DNA from: Tubiluchus corallicola
Taxonomy: Eukaryota; Animalia; Priapulida
Assembly: GCA_030141605.1 (NCBI GenBank)
Contig: JAQGDQ010000037.1
Span: 372,001-436,000 of the forward strand
DNA length: 64,000 nucleotides
Direction: 5' to 3'
The notes beneath the pieces were generated by a model. The model did not search any database. It had not been told where the DNA came from and worked only from the letters and a program-made list of their open reading frames with translations. Within the stretch, counting starts at the first letter, position 1. Each line of letters begins with the position of its first letter. This document shows positions 37,409 through 50,628 of the stretch, in pieces. The position numbers and the translations under genes are program-made.

Positions 37409-40182
37409 AGTTGCAATTGATTAGTTTTTCAGCTACTAGCTGATAAAGCTTCAATGTTTTGCATTCAAAGAAAAAAATCACCCAATCATGACAATTTTAA
37501 GGTTATTTAGATCTGTCGAGCATTAGATTTGGTTTTTGCATACTTTTTTTAATGTTATAGTGGCTTAACAAAAACATGGTGCTACTTAAATGTGGATGTC
37601 GATTTTAATTTACTTCATGTCATTTTTATGTAGATTTTAGTCAAATTTTTTTAGTGTATAATATAAATTTATGAATGGTGAAAGTTGAACATTTATCAAA
37701 CATTGAATTCCGGCTTCGGAGTATTTCCAGTGAACTAAATGGAAAATTAGTGTAAATTTCATAGTTTTACTTACATTAGCCAACAGATGGCACTAGGACA
37801 ATGTAATATTTATTACAAAACTCTTGAAGCAGACTAATTCCTATGTGAGAAACATCACACATATAACATTTAACGCATTTTCTGTTTAGGTAGTAAATAA
37901 ATAGAAGGTCAACAATGTTTATGTGCGATCAGCACACTGGAGGCAGGTATAAAGTAAAATTTAATACAACACTCACATAGCCGACAAATTAGATCATCAC
38001 AAGCCTAACTTTTATCTACAATTTTAAATTGGTTTTGCAAGATTTGTATTAAAGTTTTAGATCGATATAAGGAATTATAATGCAGCCTTAGACCCAAATG
38101 GTAAAGTTCATATGGCTACAGCTAGTCCTTGAAGTAACAGACTCATACCCCTCTGATTACCCTGTAATGTCTGTCTGCAATAGAATTTTATGTTGTTTGT
38201 AAAGGATTTTGTGTGAATGCAAAATTTCTTGTTTGTTTTTCTATTGTATGTCAAATCGCTTACATTGCTTGTGTTTAAACTTTACTCACGGATAATTTAT
38301 AAACAATGCATTGTGCTAATTTCAACACTAGCCCCGCTGCTTGAGTGTGCAAGTAAACTCACTTTCCATTTGATTTGTTTGCCGATTGTTCCTAAATAAA
38401 TTTGTTTGAACTATATGTTATGTTTACTTGTTTGAATTGTTTTCCTCGTCTGTTTAATTAATAGTTGCTGTTGCTATAGGTATTTTAGTCGTAATAATAT
38501 AATATGGATTATAAGTCTGGCTGTACGGAAAATTAATATAAAGATTTTAGTTCATTGTGCTTAAAGAGTTTTCAGGGCTTTCTATTTTAAATAAATGCTG
38601 ATACATGTTCTATTGTTTTTATTTTTTTTACCAACTTTGCTTTCTTAGCACACTCAGCACTGTGAAATTGATGCTGCTGGATGAAATTGCATTTCATTTA
38701 TTTCATGCAAAATAAGCCCACTGGTCATCTATTTTTTGCCCTGAGTGATATGAATAGGTTTGTTATAAGAAATAAATTTAGACTGTCATTTGCAAAACAC
38801 AGACACGGAGTAATGTGGATATAATCAGGCGCAAGCATTATTTTAGCTACCTAATTTTGATCATCATAATTAATTCATTACTGTTGCATTGACGTTATTA
38901 TTAGTATTAATGAGGTTGATACATTATTATTAGTAGGTAGTATTAACGAGGTTGCTCAATAAGAAATTATTATTGACTACCTTAATCAATTGACAGAATT
39001 ATTAGAAATTAAAAAAAATCTAGATTCAATACTTGATTATTAAGGTTTGCAAGAATAAATACAGGTTAAAACGCGCTGGAACTGCTAAAAACCATGGAAT
39101 GAATAAAGTTTTACCAAAATTTTTGGTGCCATGCACCTCTGCACCTAATGATCTTTCATTTGAACCAATGCTGCCTTCAACATTCGTGAATGTGATTTAA
39201 TTCTATTCTTTTTATGAATTTGGAGTCAATTGAGAACATCTAGGCTTTCAAGTTTTACTTGAATATCCCTTCCGATTCTCATTCAGAAATACAACTAACT
39301 TCGAGATGTTCAAAATTTTAGGAAATACATCCAATTAAGTCACTCTACCTTTAAATCACCTCTGGCTTTCACGTAGTGCATATGCTGCTCTTTCATTTAG
39401 TCAAGTGAGACAGACCGTGGGAACAAGAAACTTAAAATTATTTAAAATTTGTGGATTTACAGATATTTTTGGTACCTTACAGTTCTGCTCTTCACTTAGC
39501 CAATAAAATTTCAACTCGATTGGGTCGTGGAACCATGCAGTTTAAATCAATTAAAAAATAACTAATTAATTGAACAGCTCCAAATAATTAATTAACTACG
39601 GAACTGTGACGATTTGTGCCTTGAAGAAGAACATCCTAGCTAATTATCGTACCAAATTTCAACTTGCAAACATGCAATTTAAATTAATTAATTAAATTCT
39701 AACTGACTAAAAAATGCTACAAATTTCGGACCATGGACATCCTCACTAATCATCATAGCAAAGTTCATCTCAGTTGGATAGATACTCTTCGAATCCAACT
39801 CATTTGGAGTTAAAAAGTTGAAAAACCCGTGAATTAACCTGTTTTTTTTCTGAGACTCGAGAGCTAATCAACGTACGCTCTTCAAATGACGAATTTTATT
39901 AAATAAAGAAATGCATGTTAAATTAAAATTACTTTTTTAATAAACATTTTCCATAATACCAATAACAGTTCCAGCAATCTTTTAATTATCTACTTGCAAA
40001 AAAATCGAAAATTTTTAAATTTACCCTGCAAATCCACTTTAGCCACTTACGACAAAGAAAAGCAATCATTCATGATCAGTAATAACAATGGAATTAGTTG
40101 AAAGCACATAATTATGTTAAGTTTTGAGTGTGTTAATTGATTATTTTGCAATGTGGCTATTAATTAATGATCATTGGGAAGT

Positions 40183-40322
40183 AGTTTACAATTTCCCACA
40201 CAATTTAAATACCCTAACCTTAACCATAGCCCTATAACCCTAACCCTAACCCAAATATTAACCTTAATTCTAATCCTGATTCATTTCACGAACTAATTTT
40301 TAGTGTGTGGTAATTGTAAACT
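40183..40322 (+). mobile_element. Small inverted-repeat element with internal telomere-like (CCCTAA)n, copy 1
   Basis: AGTTTACAATTTCCCACACA ... TGTGTGGTAATTGTAAACT ends; internal ATTTAAATACCCTAACC...CCCTAACCCTAAC. Confidence 0.75.
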
Positions 40323-41709
40323 TTAGCCGACCATCGTCAGTAGTGTCGCCGCCGTCATCATTGTAAGAATATTTGCGCAATTTTCTTTAATTCAGTTCTT
40401 ACCAGGTCTGGCTTCATCTTTCTGTTCTCGCATCTTTATCATCTTTGTTGGTATAATCCGCTAATTAGCTGTGATAATAAGGTAGACTCAATCAGATTAT
40501 TATGCCAGCCACTTAATATGGATCAGATTTGATTTCTCTTTGCTGATAAGCAACTAGCTTCGTGTTATTAATCAAATTATTTGCTTGCGTATTGGCAATT
40601 TTTCTTCAAAGCTGAAGTTTTGCCGCTGGGCTACGTTATCTGCGTAACACCGGATGCCCCTAAAAAGTGCGAAGGCTGGACATAATAAGTGAGAGCTAGG
40701 TAGTTTATAGTAATTTATAATGCAGTAGTTTAGTATAGTATAAAGTAATATAGACATACTGCTGCCTTTTTCATCTGAACTGGGGAGCAAACTTGATCGG
40801 TTGAAAGCGATTGACCTCAAAAGCTCTACATTCTATATCTAAAACAAACTGAAACTTGAAATAGATATATGACCTAAACCACTGATGAAAACGTTGTGAA
40901 AAATAAGAAAACTAAACGAAATTATGTTTACGGTGCCGCCACAAAACAAATAATTAAAAAGAAACCAGTGCCACTTAAACATCTGCAACGCATGCCTGTT
41001 TCCAGGTTAATTGAACAGCATACGTCAAATTTTTAATCTATTAGAAATATTTAAACGATGCTCCTTGACTACGATGCAAAAATGAAATATTCCGCCAAGC
41101 TAACCTGATTTTACCCACACATTTCAACAATCGGTGGGTTATGTTTCTCAACGTGGCGGTGGAGTTAATAGAACATCTTTGTCATGTCTCACTTATGCAA
41201 AATAAAATAAAATACAAACCGCGCGTCTTATTATTGGATACAGTTTATTACATTGCATCAGAAGGCCATTTCGGTCACTTCTATAATGAGTTCTGCGAGA
41301 AAAATTGCATTAAATCAATTTAAAATGACTACTGTTTATCACAAATTATACATCCTCCTATTAAACCTACGGCTATTTTAGATTTTATTAAGCCATTATA
41401 TACCTTTCGTGCACTCATATAACTCTAATAGGATAAAATTGTCTAAGTCACACTATTCAGTTAACTTTGTAAATCAGTAAACAACACTGTAGCATTTTAA
41501 TTTGGAACAAACTAAAATAATGTGTTGAAAACATACAACGAACAGTAAAACTGTGTTAAATGCAAATCCGCAGTGGTTAAGAATGGGTGAAGTTACTTTA
41601 TCTTACTTAAACTTAGTGTATCAGAAAAAAATAATTCAAGCAAATAGTGAAGTTCTGACACACTTGACTTTGAGTGCACCACTTTCTCCATGCAGTCCAT
41701 GCAATTATA

Positions 41710-42170
41710 CAGAGGTGTAGCAAAGGAGGGTGAACAGTGAATTGTCCCCGGGGGCAAACGTGAGAGGGCGAAAAGTCTTCTGGAGTTTAATGACTGTTAA
41801 TTCTTGATTACTAACATTAGCAATTAACAAAAATTTTAAAACTACACCAAAATCTTAGAAGAGAGGATAACGTTGTTACTTAACGGCCTGTTTAACGACT
41901 ATCGCATTGCGAGCAACTTTCCTCTACTATACCAACGAATAGAAGAGTTATTTTGGTGCACTACCGCAAATCAAACTCTGGGTGATTCTTAGGAAAAATT
42001 CCTTTAACTTTATCCCATCGTGTCGAAAAAGTAAGGTGGGGCTCACGGAGGCAAAAAACGTGTACAGTTTGTGACTTCACCCACGAAACAAATATGATCA
42101 AAACATTAAAATGGTAGGGTGCCAGAAGTTTGTTTTCTTCCAGGCGCAACAAGCACTTGCTACGCCACTG
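41710..42170. mobile_element. hAT-type MITE
   Basis: TIRs CAGAGGTGTAGCAA / TTGCTACGCCACTG; 8-bp flanks CAATTATA and CAGTCATA (6/8 identical, consistent with a decayed TSD). Confidence 0.65.
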
Positions 42171-44159
42171 CAGTCATATAATACAATAATAATTTTTCGT
42201 TAAGTCGTCAATTTTGCTATTAGATGTGAACCAAAAATTCTGTGTAAGCAAGTTTCTTTGACATCGCGTAAGTAGCATAATAACCAGAAATCCATCTACA
42301 TGTCACAAAAACTTGTGTAATCCATTCTCCGCATGTGGAAAGTAGCCGTTATGTTGCAATTGATGAAACTTTTAATACATGACACAAAGCAAGTATTAAA
42401 ACGGTTTTTACAGAAAGAAACACAATTAGTTTGTACAGCGATGAGTGTGCCAAAATCGTTTAAAATTTTAATACTTTGGCCAGCTAGGCTGATGTGATAA
42501 ATTTTGTTAAAATTTGGGTTCACCCGTATAAGAAGCCATGTAGTCAATATGTTCTTAAATATGAAGATACGGTAAACTGGAAAAAGAAAAAAATCAAAGT
42601 TAAAGTTCCGTTCCCCCTGTAAGTATTTATGCGTAATGCTAGGCCCTTCACAATGAGGCCTTCAGCTGTTACTGAGGCCAAAAAAACACTGAATCACAAT
42701 ATACAGATTTTCAATCTGTTTCTGACTTCCATTGAATTCTCGAATAATATTTTTGAGTTTGTATTATGCAGGGATTAATGTTGTTGATAAGTGATGATAA
42801 CGCGTACGTCTACATGTCATAACCACACGTCAAGCACTGGTAATTGATATTGTTCAGCTTTTAATATTTTCTGCACTTTGTTACGAACAAAATATTGTTT
42901 GCAGAACGATTTTAGCTCCCAAAGTTCACAGCTACAAAAACAGAAGCGTGTTCACTTCGATCTCATTGAGAAAAGTCAAATTATTCGTGCTTTAATTCGT
43001 CTTTTCTCCATATTATTTTGGTAAAATGTATTTAAGCAAAGCAATTTTCTTCAGTTGTTGTGTTCTTTGTTTCTTCTATACACAAGGCGGAAAATTTCCA
43101 TATTTTTAACTTTCAGCTGATTATACTTATTTGCGAACAAAACACTATTGATATATGCGTGCAAGTAATACAACTAAAAGCCAACGATTGCGCAATAGAT
43201 TTTCATATAAGCCAAACACGTGTTTGAAAAAATAATGTGAAAATTAATAAATTATTTCCCATTCAGGCAAACAAAGCAGCTATTTGGCATTTTTCACGCA
43301 AGCCATTGTGTGGCTGTTATTGAACACGTTGTTAGTGAATTGGAATTTCCAAAGCGTGTAAGACACATAAAACCAATATTATAATTTACACACTACATGA
43401 TGTTTACGAGTTCTGATATTCTTTCACATGATTCTCTCACAATAAATGAATTGATTTCCGAATTGGTTTCTGAAAAGGATTCTTTTTTGTGTTGGAGTAA
43501 ATATGCGCATAACAAAAGTGTTTTTAAAAAAGCTTTCAGCCACATTAAATAGCACTGATAAAAAGTTGTTTTATTTCACTATTTACAAAAGAGATTTTCA
43601 AGCATCGGGATTATTGCGTTTAAATTAAAATTCCAAAAAATACACCACCTATTTGTTTACCAAACTGCTAGAATAGTGTATATACTTCTTTAGGTTATCT
43701 GTAATTAACATAATGCATATGGAGTTTATTTTTCTGGATTCTTCATGCTAGATCATTATACATTACTTCTGTAGTGCGCTATTTGTACTTAAAATGAGTC
43801 ATGTCATTAAGCTTCTTTGTTCAATACATCACTTCTGAGTACTTTATGGATTTTACCTGTGGTTTTAATGCTTTCCATTTTCACCTTTTATGTATACCAG
43901 GTTATGAAACAATTCAGCATAATGCACGCGGGCAAGAGCTTTAAATGCAGAACAAAAGCTTCTAGCAGTTGAAAGGGCTTTTTGTATGGAAAAGTCTATT
44001 CACGTTGAGCTTAAATGTATGGATACCCAATTGAGTTTCTGCTAAATTGTTGTACTTCTATTAGGGGGTTTATTCAGAGGTAACCTACACATGGTGAGAG
44101 GTAAGGAACTTCAATAGCTGTATCTCAAAAATTTTGGTAAAACAGTATGTATTTTATTC

Positions 44160-44305
44160 AGTTTGCTTCGTTATTTGTCTGTTAGTCGGTTTGTTTATTT
44201 GTTTGTTGCGTTTGTTTACTTCTTTAATTTGTTTGTTTGTTTGCTTGCTTGCTTGTTCGTTCGCTCGTTTGCTTGTCCGCTCGCTCTCTCGTTCGTTCGT
44301 TTGTT
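44160..44305. repeat. Compound tetranucleotide microsatellite (TTTG/TTGC/TTCG)
   Basis: Direct reading. Confidence 0.75.
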
Positions 44306-44997
44306 GAACTATGTAATCTATCAGAAAGTTACAACTTCACTTCACGTCGAACTCATATTAGGCCACCGGGTTGTTTCAAGTAGTATTTTTACCCATAGAA
44401 AATTTTTGTCTATAACTCTCCCTCCCCAAAAATTACTTGCCCCAAAGTGCCATTATGTAGTGACTATACAGTCTGACAACTGGTTATTGTAAAGTGCTAA
44501 AAACGTTTAAACTTGATGGGTTGCACACGCTGGGCTGAGTTAGTACCTTGCATTTGTTTTTGAGCAATTCCAACTCTTTTATTTTGGTTTCAGAGCTGGC
44601 AATTTTCGTTAAGTGCAACCGTTTAGGAAATTGGCAGACAAAGTGCCGTTTTAGGATACCATTGTTTGTCTATTTATTACAGCTAAGGCCGTCCATCTTG
44701 GTGAGATCTTCAATACGTTTGTTAGTTGGAAGTTTTAGTCTAAGTGTTTTATTGCTTGTTATGGGGTGACGTAACGAGTTTCTGACAGGCAAAAATTGTT
44801 AAAGTTTCGCTTTTTGCACTGCAGATGAAACCCGGTAAAACTATAATGTTTTTCACAGATCTTCGAATCGCGCACTGTTACCATTTTCTAAAATTTAACA
44901 GCCCACGCAATGTTTTTGCTTTCGTTTTTATTGTAGAAAAAATACTTTAAATGCATTATTCAAACTCAGACCCAGAGAAGTATAAAAGTAATTTGGG

Positions 44998-45070
44998 TAA
45001 TAAGGGCCAGATGCCCTGAAGGATCGTTTATTAGTAATAAGCGATCCTTCGGGCCACCTGGCCCTTACTA
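44998..45070. repeat. Near-perfect 73-bp palindrome
   Basis: TAATAAGGGCCAGATGCCCTGAAGGATCGTTTATTA-G-TAATAAGCGATCCTTCGGGCCACCTGGCCCTTACTA. Confidence 0.88.
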
Positions 45071-45735
45071 TTGGAACTTGCTGCCGTTCGAACTAGGAAT
45101 GTGCACTAATTTTGATACTTTTAAATCTAAATTAAAAACTTACTCGTTCTTAAGAGCTTTTTGTGATTCCTAGAGTCTCTTTTAAATAATCTTTGTAATT
45201 TCATAGTTTTAATTGTATAAATAGTGAATTGAATACTTACTTCTTTGAAATACTTAGCTTCATATGCAAGTTTCTTTCATATTTTTTGATCTAAATTGAA
45301 AACTCATTAGTTTCAACGTTTTTATTTTCTTGATGTATTTTGGACCTACTTTATACATTTTATAAGCATTTGTTATCTTAGTGGGGTATGTGATGTAAGA
45401 ATTGCACTATTGTAAAGCGTGCTAGAGCATGTAGGATGATAACGTTAGTCCGCTATAGAAAAGTAAAATAAAATAAATAAATAATTAGAGAATGGGTTTT
45501 ATTAAAAAGTCACACCATAGCAGCAATGACTGAATATAATGTGTAAATACAATAAAAATAAAGAAAAACAGTCAAAAGACACATTAAGCAATGAAATTAT
45601 ATAAGATATATTGCTTACCAGGCTGAAGTTTACAATTGACCTCAAACATATTGGTCTATCGCTCCACCTCCGCTGCAACGTAAGCACGCTCAGCAGCTTT
45701 CAGGACAACAGCTCACGCTGAGCAACAACTGTCTC

Positions 45736-45797
45736 AACTAAACTAAACTAAGCTAAGCTAAGCTATGCTAAGCTAAGCTAAGCTATGCTAAGCTAAA
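45736..45797. repeat. (CTAAA)/(CTAAG)n pentanucleotide microsatellite
   Basis: Direct reading. Confidence 0.85.
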
Positions 45798-46773
45798 CAG
45801 CATGACAGTCACAACTAATGTCTAATTAGCAGATAAACTTTTGCACTTTTTCATAAACACAGATTTGCAAAGCAGCAGCTATTGTTACACGAAATTAACA
45901 CTTCAAGTAGCCAAAAAAAAGACTTTTCGATTTAAACAGAATGTAAAGACGAAGTTTGGTAGCATTACAAAATACAGAGACATAAGTATAATAAAGAAAC
46001 TAAGCCAGTTAGCCTTGCTCTACAATAAATGAGCATCAAAAATATTAAGTCTCTCTTGCCTTTGAACATACGAACATCATTCATGCCCGCGATGTATTTT
46101 TTCTATATTAACTGATCATGTGCTCGTCTGCAAGATTTGTTCAGTTTTTGTATTTTTCCGTTTGTTAGGCTAAGAAAATGGAATAAATTTGATTGTTCCA
46201 TTCCATAAACGACCCTTATATTGAATGTCCGAGTTACATAAGTCCCAATGGCATCTTTTAACAATGATTATAACCAGAAAAATAGCGTAAAATAGATGTA
46301 TAAATGTAGGTTTTAACCACATTTGAATTAATTTTGACTGTGAAGATCTCATTGAGGTTTATAAAAACTGGTCAGAAAAGAAAACATTTTGTTTTGCCCT
46401 TATTTAAAGTTAATCAAACAGTTGTTTATCTAACTTGCAAAGCCATAAACTAAACTAAACTGCGCATTTTTTTGACTGCAAAATGGTTTTTATCAGCAAC
46501 TCATAGACGTAAGCGTTAGGCATTTCTTCCTATAAACGAAATTAGACTATACATTTTCACTTGCAATTTCAATTGATAATAATAAAATCTAGAACCAGGC
46601 CAATATTTCTCCCCCTAACTAATGAAAAGTTGAGCATTTTTCAAAACAGTGTAAAACGGAGCAGTAGCTAAATGTCCCGAATGTGCCTGCGTTAATTAAG
46701 CTCTGCAGGTGTGTGAAATAACATGTACGCTGATTGGTCCGTCAACGAAAACGATTGACATTATGTTAGACGT

Positions 46774-46899
46774 CAATTCCCCACACACAACAAATTAGTT
46801 CGTGAAGCGGATTAGGATTAGGATTAGGATTAGGGTTAGAGTTAGGATTGAGGTTAGGGTTGGGTTAGGGTATTTAAATTGTGTGGGGAATTGTAAACT
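46774..46899 (-). mobile_element. Same element, copy 2 (reverse orientation)
   Basis: CAATTCCCCACAC ... GTGTGGGGAATTGTAAACT; internal GGATTA/GGGTTA repeats and AAATTAGTTCGTGAA shared with copy 1. Confidence 0.75.
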
Positions 46900-47877
46900 C
46901 TTTCCGCTCACAAGAAAAAAATGGGAGAAATAACATCACAATTTCAGTAAAACAGTTTAAAACCAATGTGTGATCATAAATCTTTTCCCTGTAATTTATA
47001 TTGTAGTTCCTCGTTACCACTTATGGTTCTAATTACAACAGGCATTGCTGTAACTTTTGTAAGGTTCTGTTCGAATATTAGACATCAGATGGCAAACAGG
47101 TTGGCAAGCAGGCAGACAGGTAGGTTTGTAAGTAGGTAAATAGATAACTAGAAGGTAGGTAGAAGGTAAGTACAAGTATAAGTGAGTACATGAGTGGATA
47201 AGCCACCGTCGACAGTGAAAGTAAAGGGGGAGGACGATTAATATTCTTATTTTAGTATTTTATTTGCCTTTTCGATTGTAAACTTTCACGAAACTTGAAC
47301 AGGTTTGTCAATTAAAGCTGGATTATCTTGTATGTGATTGTCACTTTATTCTACCTTCAAACGATTCTATTTACCCAATAAAATGACGTACATTGTTGAT
47401 AAGAAATTTCACGGTCAATTTGTCGTCAAAATAGCTCTAGAAGTTGCTTTTCTTATGAGTGATGTCATCGCTTTCCTCGCGCATTTTAACAATTTGTGTG
47501 TTGGTAAACTAATTAGGCTTTGTGAGATGTAGTGTAATAGGATTTCTATACGCTGTGATGCTCTTATTAGCTTGACGCGCCAATTTCAATACCATTTTCT
47601 TGTTTATTCTACTGTGTAAATATTGCAAGACTTGATTAAGAAGAAGAGTGAAATTTAGTCACCGCGGCCTTGACGGAAGAGAAGAATAAATTTCTTGTTT
47701 AAAATTACGAGCATACACACTTGATGTTTTGGTATACATTTAAACTTGTAGGCCTTAATCAAACAAGTGTTAATGTTACCATTGTTTTATGAAAATTAGA
47801 TAGCTAAAATAGAAAATTATAAAACTTTGGAACCAAATTTATCCGAAAAAAGAAACAAATGTAAAAAACATGTGACA

Positions 47878-47945
47878 TACTTGGATTTGAACCAGAGGTT
47901 TTTCGCTTACCAGGTGAACGCGCCAGAATACTCTGCCATAGAATA
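47878..47945 (-). pseudogene. tRNA-like sequence (tRNA-derived SINE head or pseudogene)
   Basis: Minus strand TGGCAGAGTATTCTGGCGCGTTCACCTGGTAAGCGAAAAACCTCTGGTTCAAATCC: A-box-like start and B box GGTTCAAATCC, but poor stems. Confidence 0.5.
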
Positions 47946-48125
47946 TGACAGCCACACTAAGATACATTTGGCTTCTGTATTAATTTGCCAACTAATTTAT
48001 TTGGTGGAATCACATTGCAAACTAAAGTCCTGTGAGCCTTCGTAAAACATGACTTACAACATGAGTGTGAAGTACAGCACGAAAGGCCTACATAGCAATA
48101 ATATCAATAAAATAGATAGCAAGAA

Positions 48126-48270
48126 CTTCACAATTCCCCACAAAATTAAAATACCCTAACCCCAACCCTAACCCTAGCTCCAACCCTAGCCCCAATCTTA
48201 ACCCCAACGCCAATTCTAACCCTAATCCCAATCCGCTTCAGCGCGCGCATGTGTGGGAAATTGTAAACTT
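48126..48270 (+). mobile_element. Same element, copy 3
   Basis: CTTCACAATTCCCCACA ... TGTGTGGGAAATTGTAAACTT; internal CCCTAA variants and ATCCGCTTCA shared with copy 2. Confidence 0.75.
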
Positions 48271-49417
48271 TAACCAATAGATATCGTAATAAGTAATTTT
48301 AATAGTCAATTCTGTATAACAAGAATGTCCAAAGGTGTTTGAGAACTTTTCGCAAATAAATTCAGGTATGTTTGTCAGTTTGATTTTGATTTTTTTTTTC
48401 TTAATTAGTAATTGTAATGTTTCTTCTAATTCAGTTTTTAATGTAGCTTCTTAATGCATTTTTGTATTTCTTATTTTGATGTCAGTTTGTACCTTTATTT
48501 TACATGTAGTTTTACCTGTAATTCTTATCATTCAATCTCTACCTTACAGCTGACGAAATCCGTGATCGAGGGAGAAAGCTTCTGTGAAAATAAAAAAATG
48601 GACTTAATGGACAATTTGACTTCTTTACGATGACTTTCGCAATCCTCATATTTGTGTTTAATGTCGGAACTGTGAATTTCATCTATCGCGCCATGATGAT
48701 TTTCTAGCTTTTCTGTCAATATTTATGCGCCAAATCATTTCTCACTCCCGAGATGTTTAGCGACACCACGATCCACGTCATTCATTTAGCTGTCAATCAG
48801 TTCGATTTTCTGCTCAATTTCGACTGAAAATGAGAAATTTACCGAATCTTGCAAAGACTCTAACAGACTGCTAACCGCATTAGCACGTGCATACACAAAG
48901 ATCAGAAGCTTGAGCTAAACTGATTACCCGCACTTGAGCCTACTGCTGCGCCCTCACACCTCCAACCAACTTCGGCATTTTGATGGCCAATTTTGGCTAC
49001 TGATAGCAATTTTCTGCTTTATTTGGTCCAGAAATGAGAAGTTTGTGACAACTATGTACAATAATTAGGCAATAATGGTATGTCGTGATTGCTTGACATT
49101 AGGCGAATTAGCCGGATAAATGTCCACAAGTACCCAGTTGTATTCTACGTTAGCCTGCTCAAAGATGACAAACATGAAATTCAAGTATTTTTAATGTCCG
49201 TTTTGCTCCAAAAACTAAGCAGTTACTATTTAGGCGATGTTAGCAAATCAACGCGTACCATTCGTACTTTATAAAGAATGAAAATAGGACACTGGTTAAT
49301 GTGAAATGTATTTTAACCGACTAGATTACAGATCAAAAACTTCCCTCACTGATAACATAATTTACGATGTCACAAATCGCCATATGAATGTAACTCAAGT
49401 ATTGGATGATATCACGC

Positions 49418-50628
49418 GGCTTAAGAAAAAGTTTATTATGTAACAAAAGACTCATTATTTAGCAATATAGCATTAAATAACAAAAAATATTGAACTGTGT
49501 AACAAATCACAAAATTCCTCACTATGTAACATATTTTGGGTCATTACATAACAATTGTCCTGCATTATGTAACAAACTTATGAAAGGCTGGTCGAGATCT
49601 GTGACTAGGCCTTGAGGTGGTCTGGGTTTGCATTAACTATTGTACGGGTAAGTTTCTTTCTGTTCTAAATATGGGTCTGGCTGCGGCTTGGTCTGGTCTG
49701 GCCTGTGGCTTGTTTGCCTGGAGTTGTCTGATCTGCCTGAGATATATATATATATATTAATGGTCTGGTCTGTGACTGGTCTGTCTGAGGCCTTTTCTTC
49801 AGAGGTCTGGTCTGTATCAATAATACTGTAATACTGTACTGAATTTTCCACACCAAAACAAAATGAACATTAAAATTCCACATCATTAACAAAATACCAT
49901 TACAAAATTTATTTAAAAACATTGAAATCCACAAAATAAATAATATTTCGTTTGACTGCAAGAACTGTGCATCCTGACAGACGAATGGAAAAGGTAGGCA
50001 CACAAAATACTAGAAAGACTAGTGATTAAAGGGAAGTTGAGGGGCAGAAACAGGTAGGACGAGTTAGTAGAACTAAAACTATCCTAAATTCTGGTCATCA
50101 GAGGTCTGGTTTCTTGCTGGTCTGTCTGTGGTCTGGTTAGTGGCTGGCCTATCTTCTGTCTGAATATGATCTAGTAATCGTGTCACCTGTGACTGGTCTG
50201 AAGATCAGACCCCAGACAGACCAGATCACTCGTGGATCGTATCTCAGACAGACCATCCAAAGACCAGATATCTGAATATCAGGCTCAAGACAGACCAGGC
50301 AGACTAGACCAGCCAAACACAAGACATCTGAAGATTAGACGCGTGACAGACAGCTATAGACGGATCTCTGAATAGAACATACCTCTAAAGACCAGAGCCC
50401 AAACAGATCAGCCACACAGCAGACCTCTAAAGACCAGACCTAGACAGACCAGCGACAGACCAGACCTCTGAAAATCAGACCACAGACCAGGCCTCTAACG
50501 GACCCTTGAACACTAGACTCTAGACATAATGATTGTTACGTAATAACACAAAATTTGTTACATAATGCTGTATTGTTACATAATATACATAATGAGCCTT
50601 TTTGTTACTTAATGCACCTTAGCCAGCC
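49418..50628. mobile_element. Foldback-like element with two tiers of inverted modular repeats
   Basis: Outer arms carry TTATGTAACAA modules (49435-49575) and their complement TTGTTACATAA (50525-50615). Inner GGTCTG modules (49590-50200) switch to CAGACC modules (50205-50490). Confidence 0.65.

Noticed and set aside
40210-40260. True telomere or chromosome-fusion site
   Set aside because: Short and degenerate, and embedded in a dispersed inverted-repeat element present three times.
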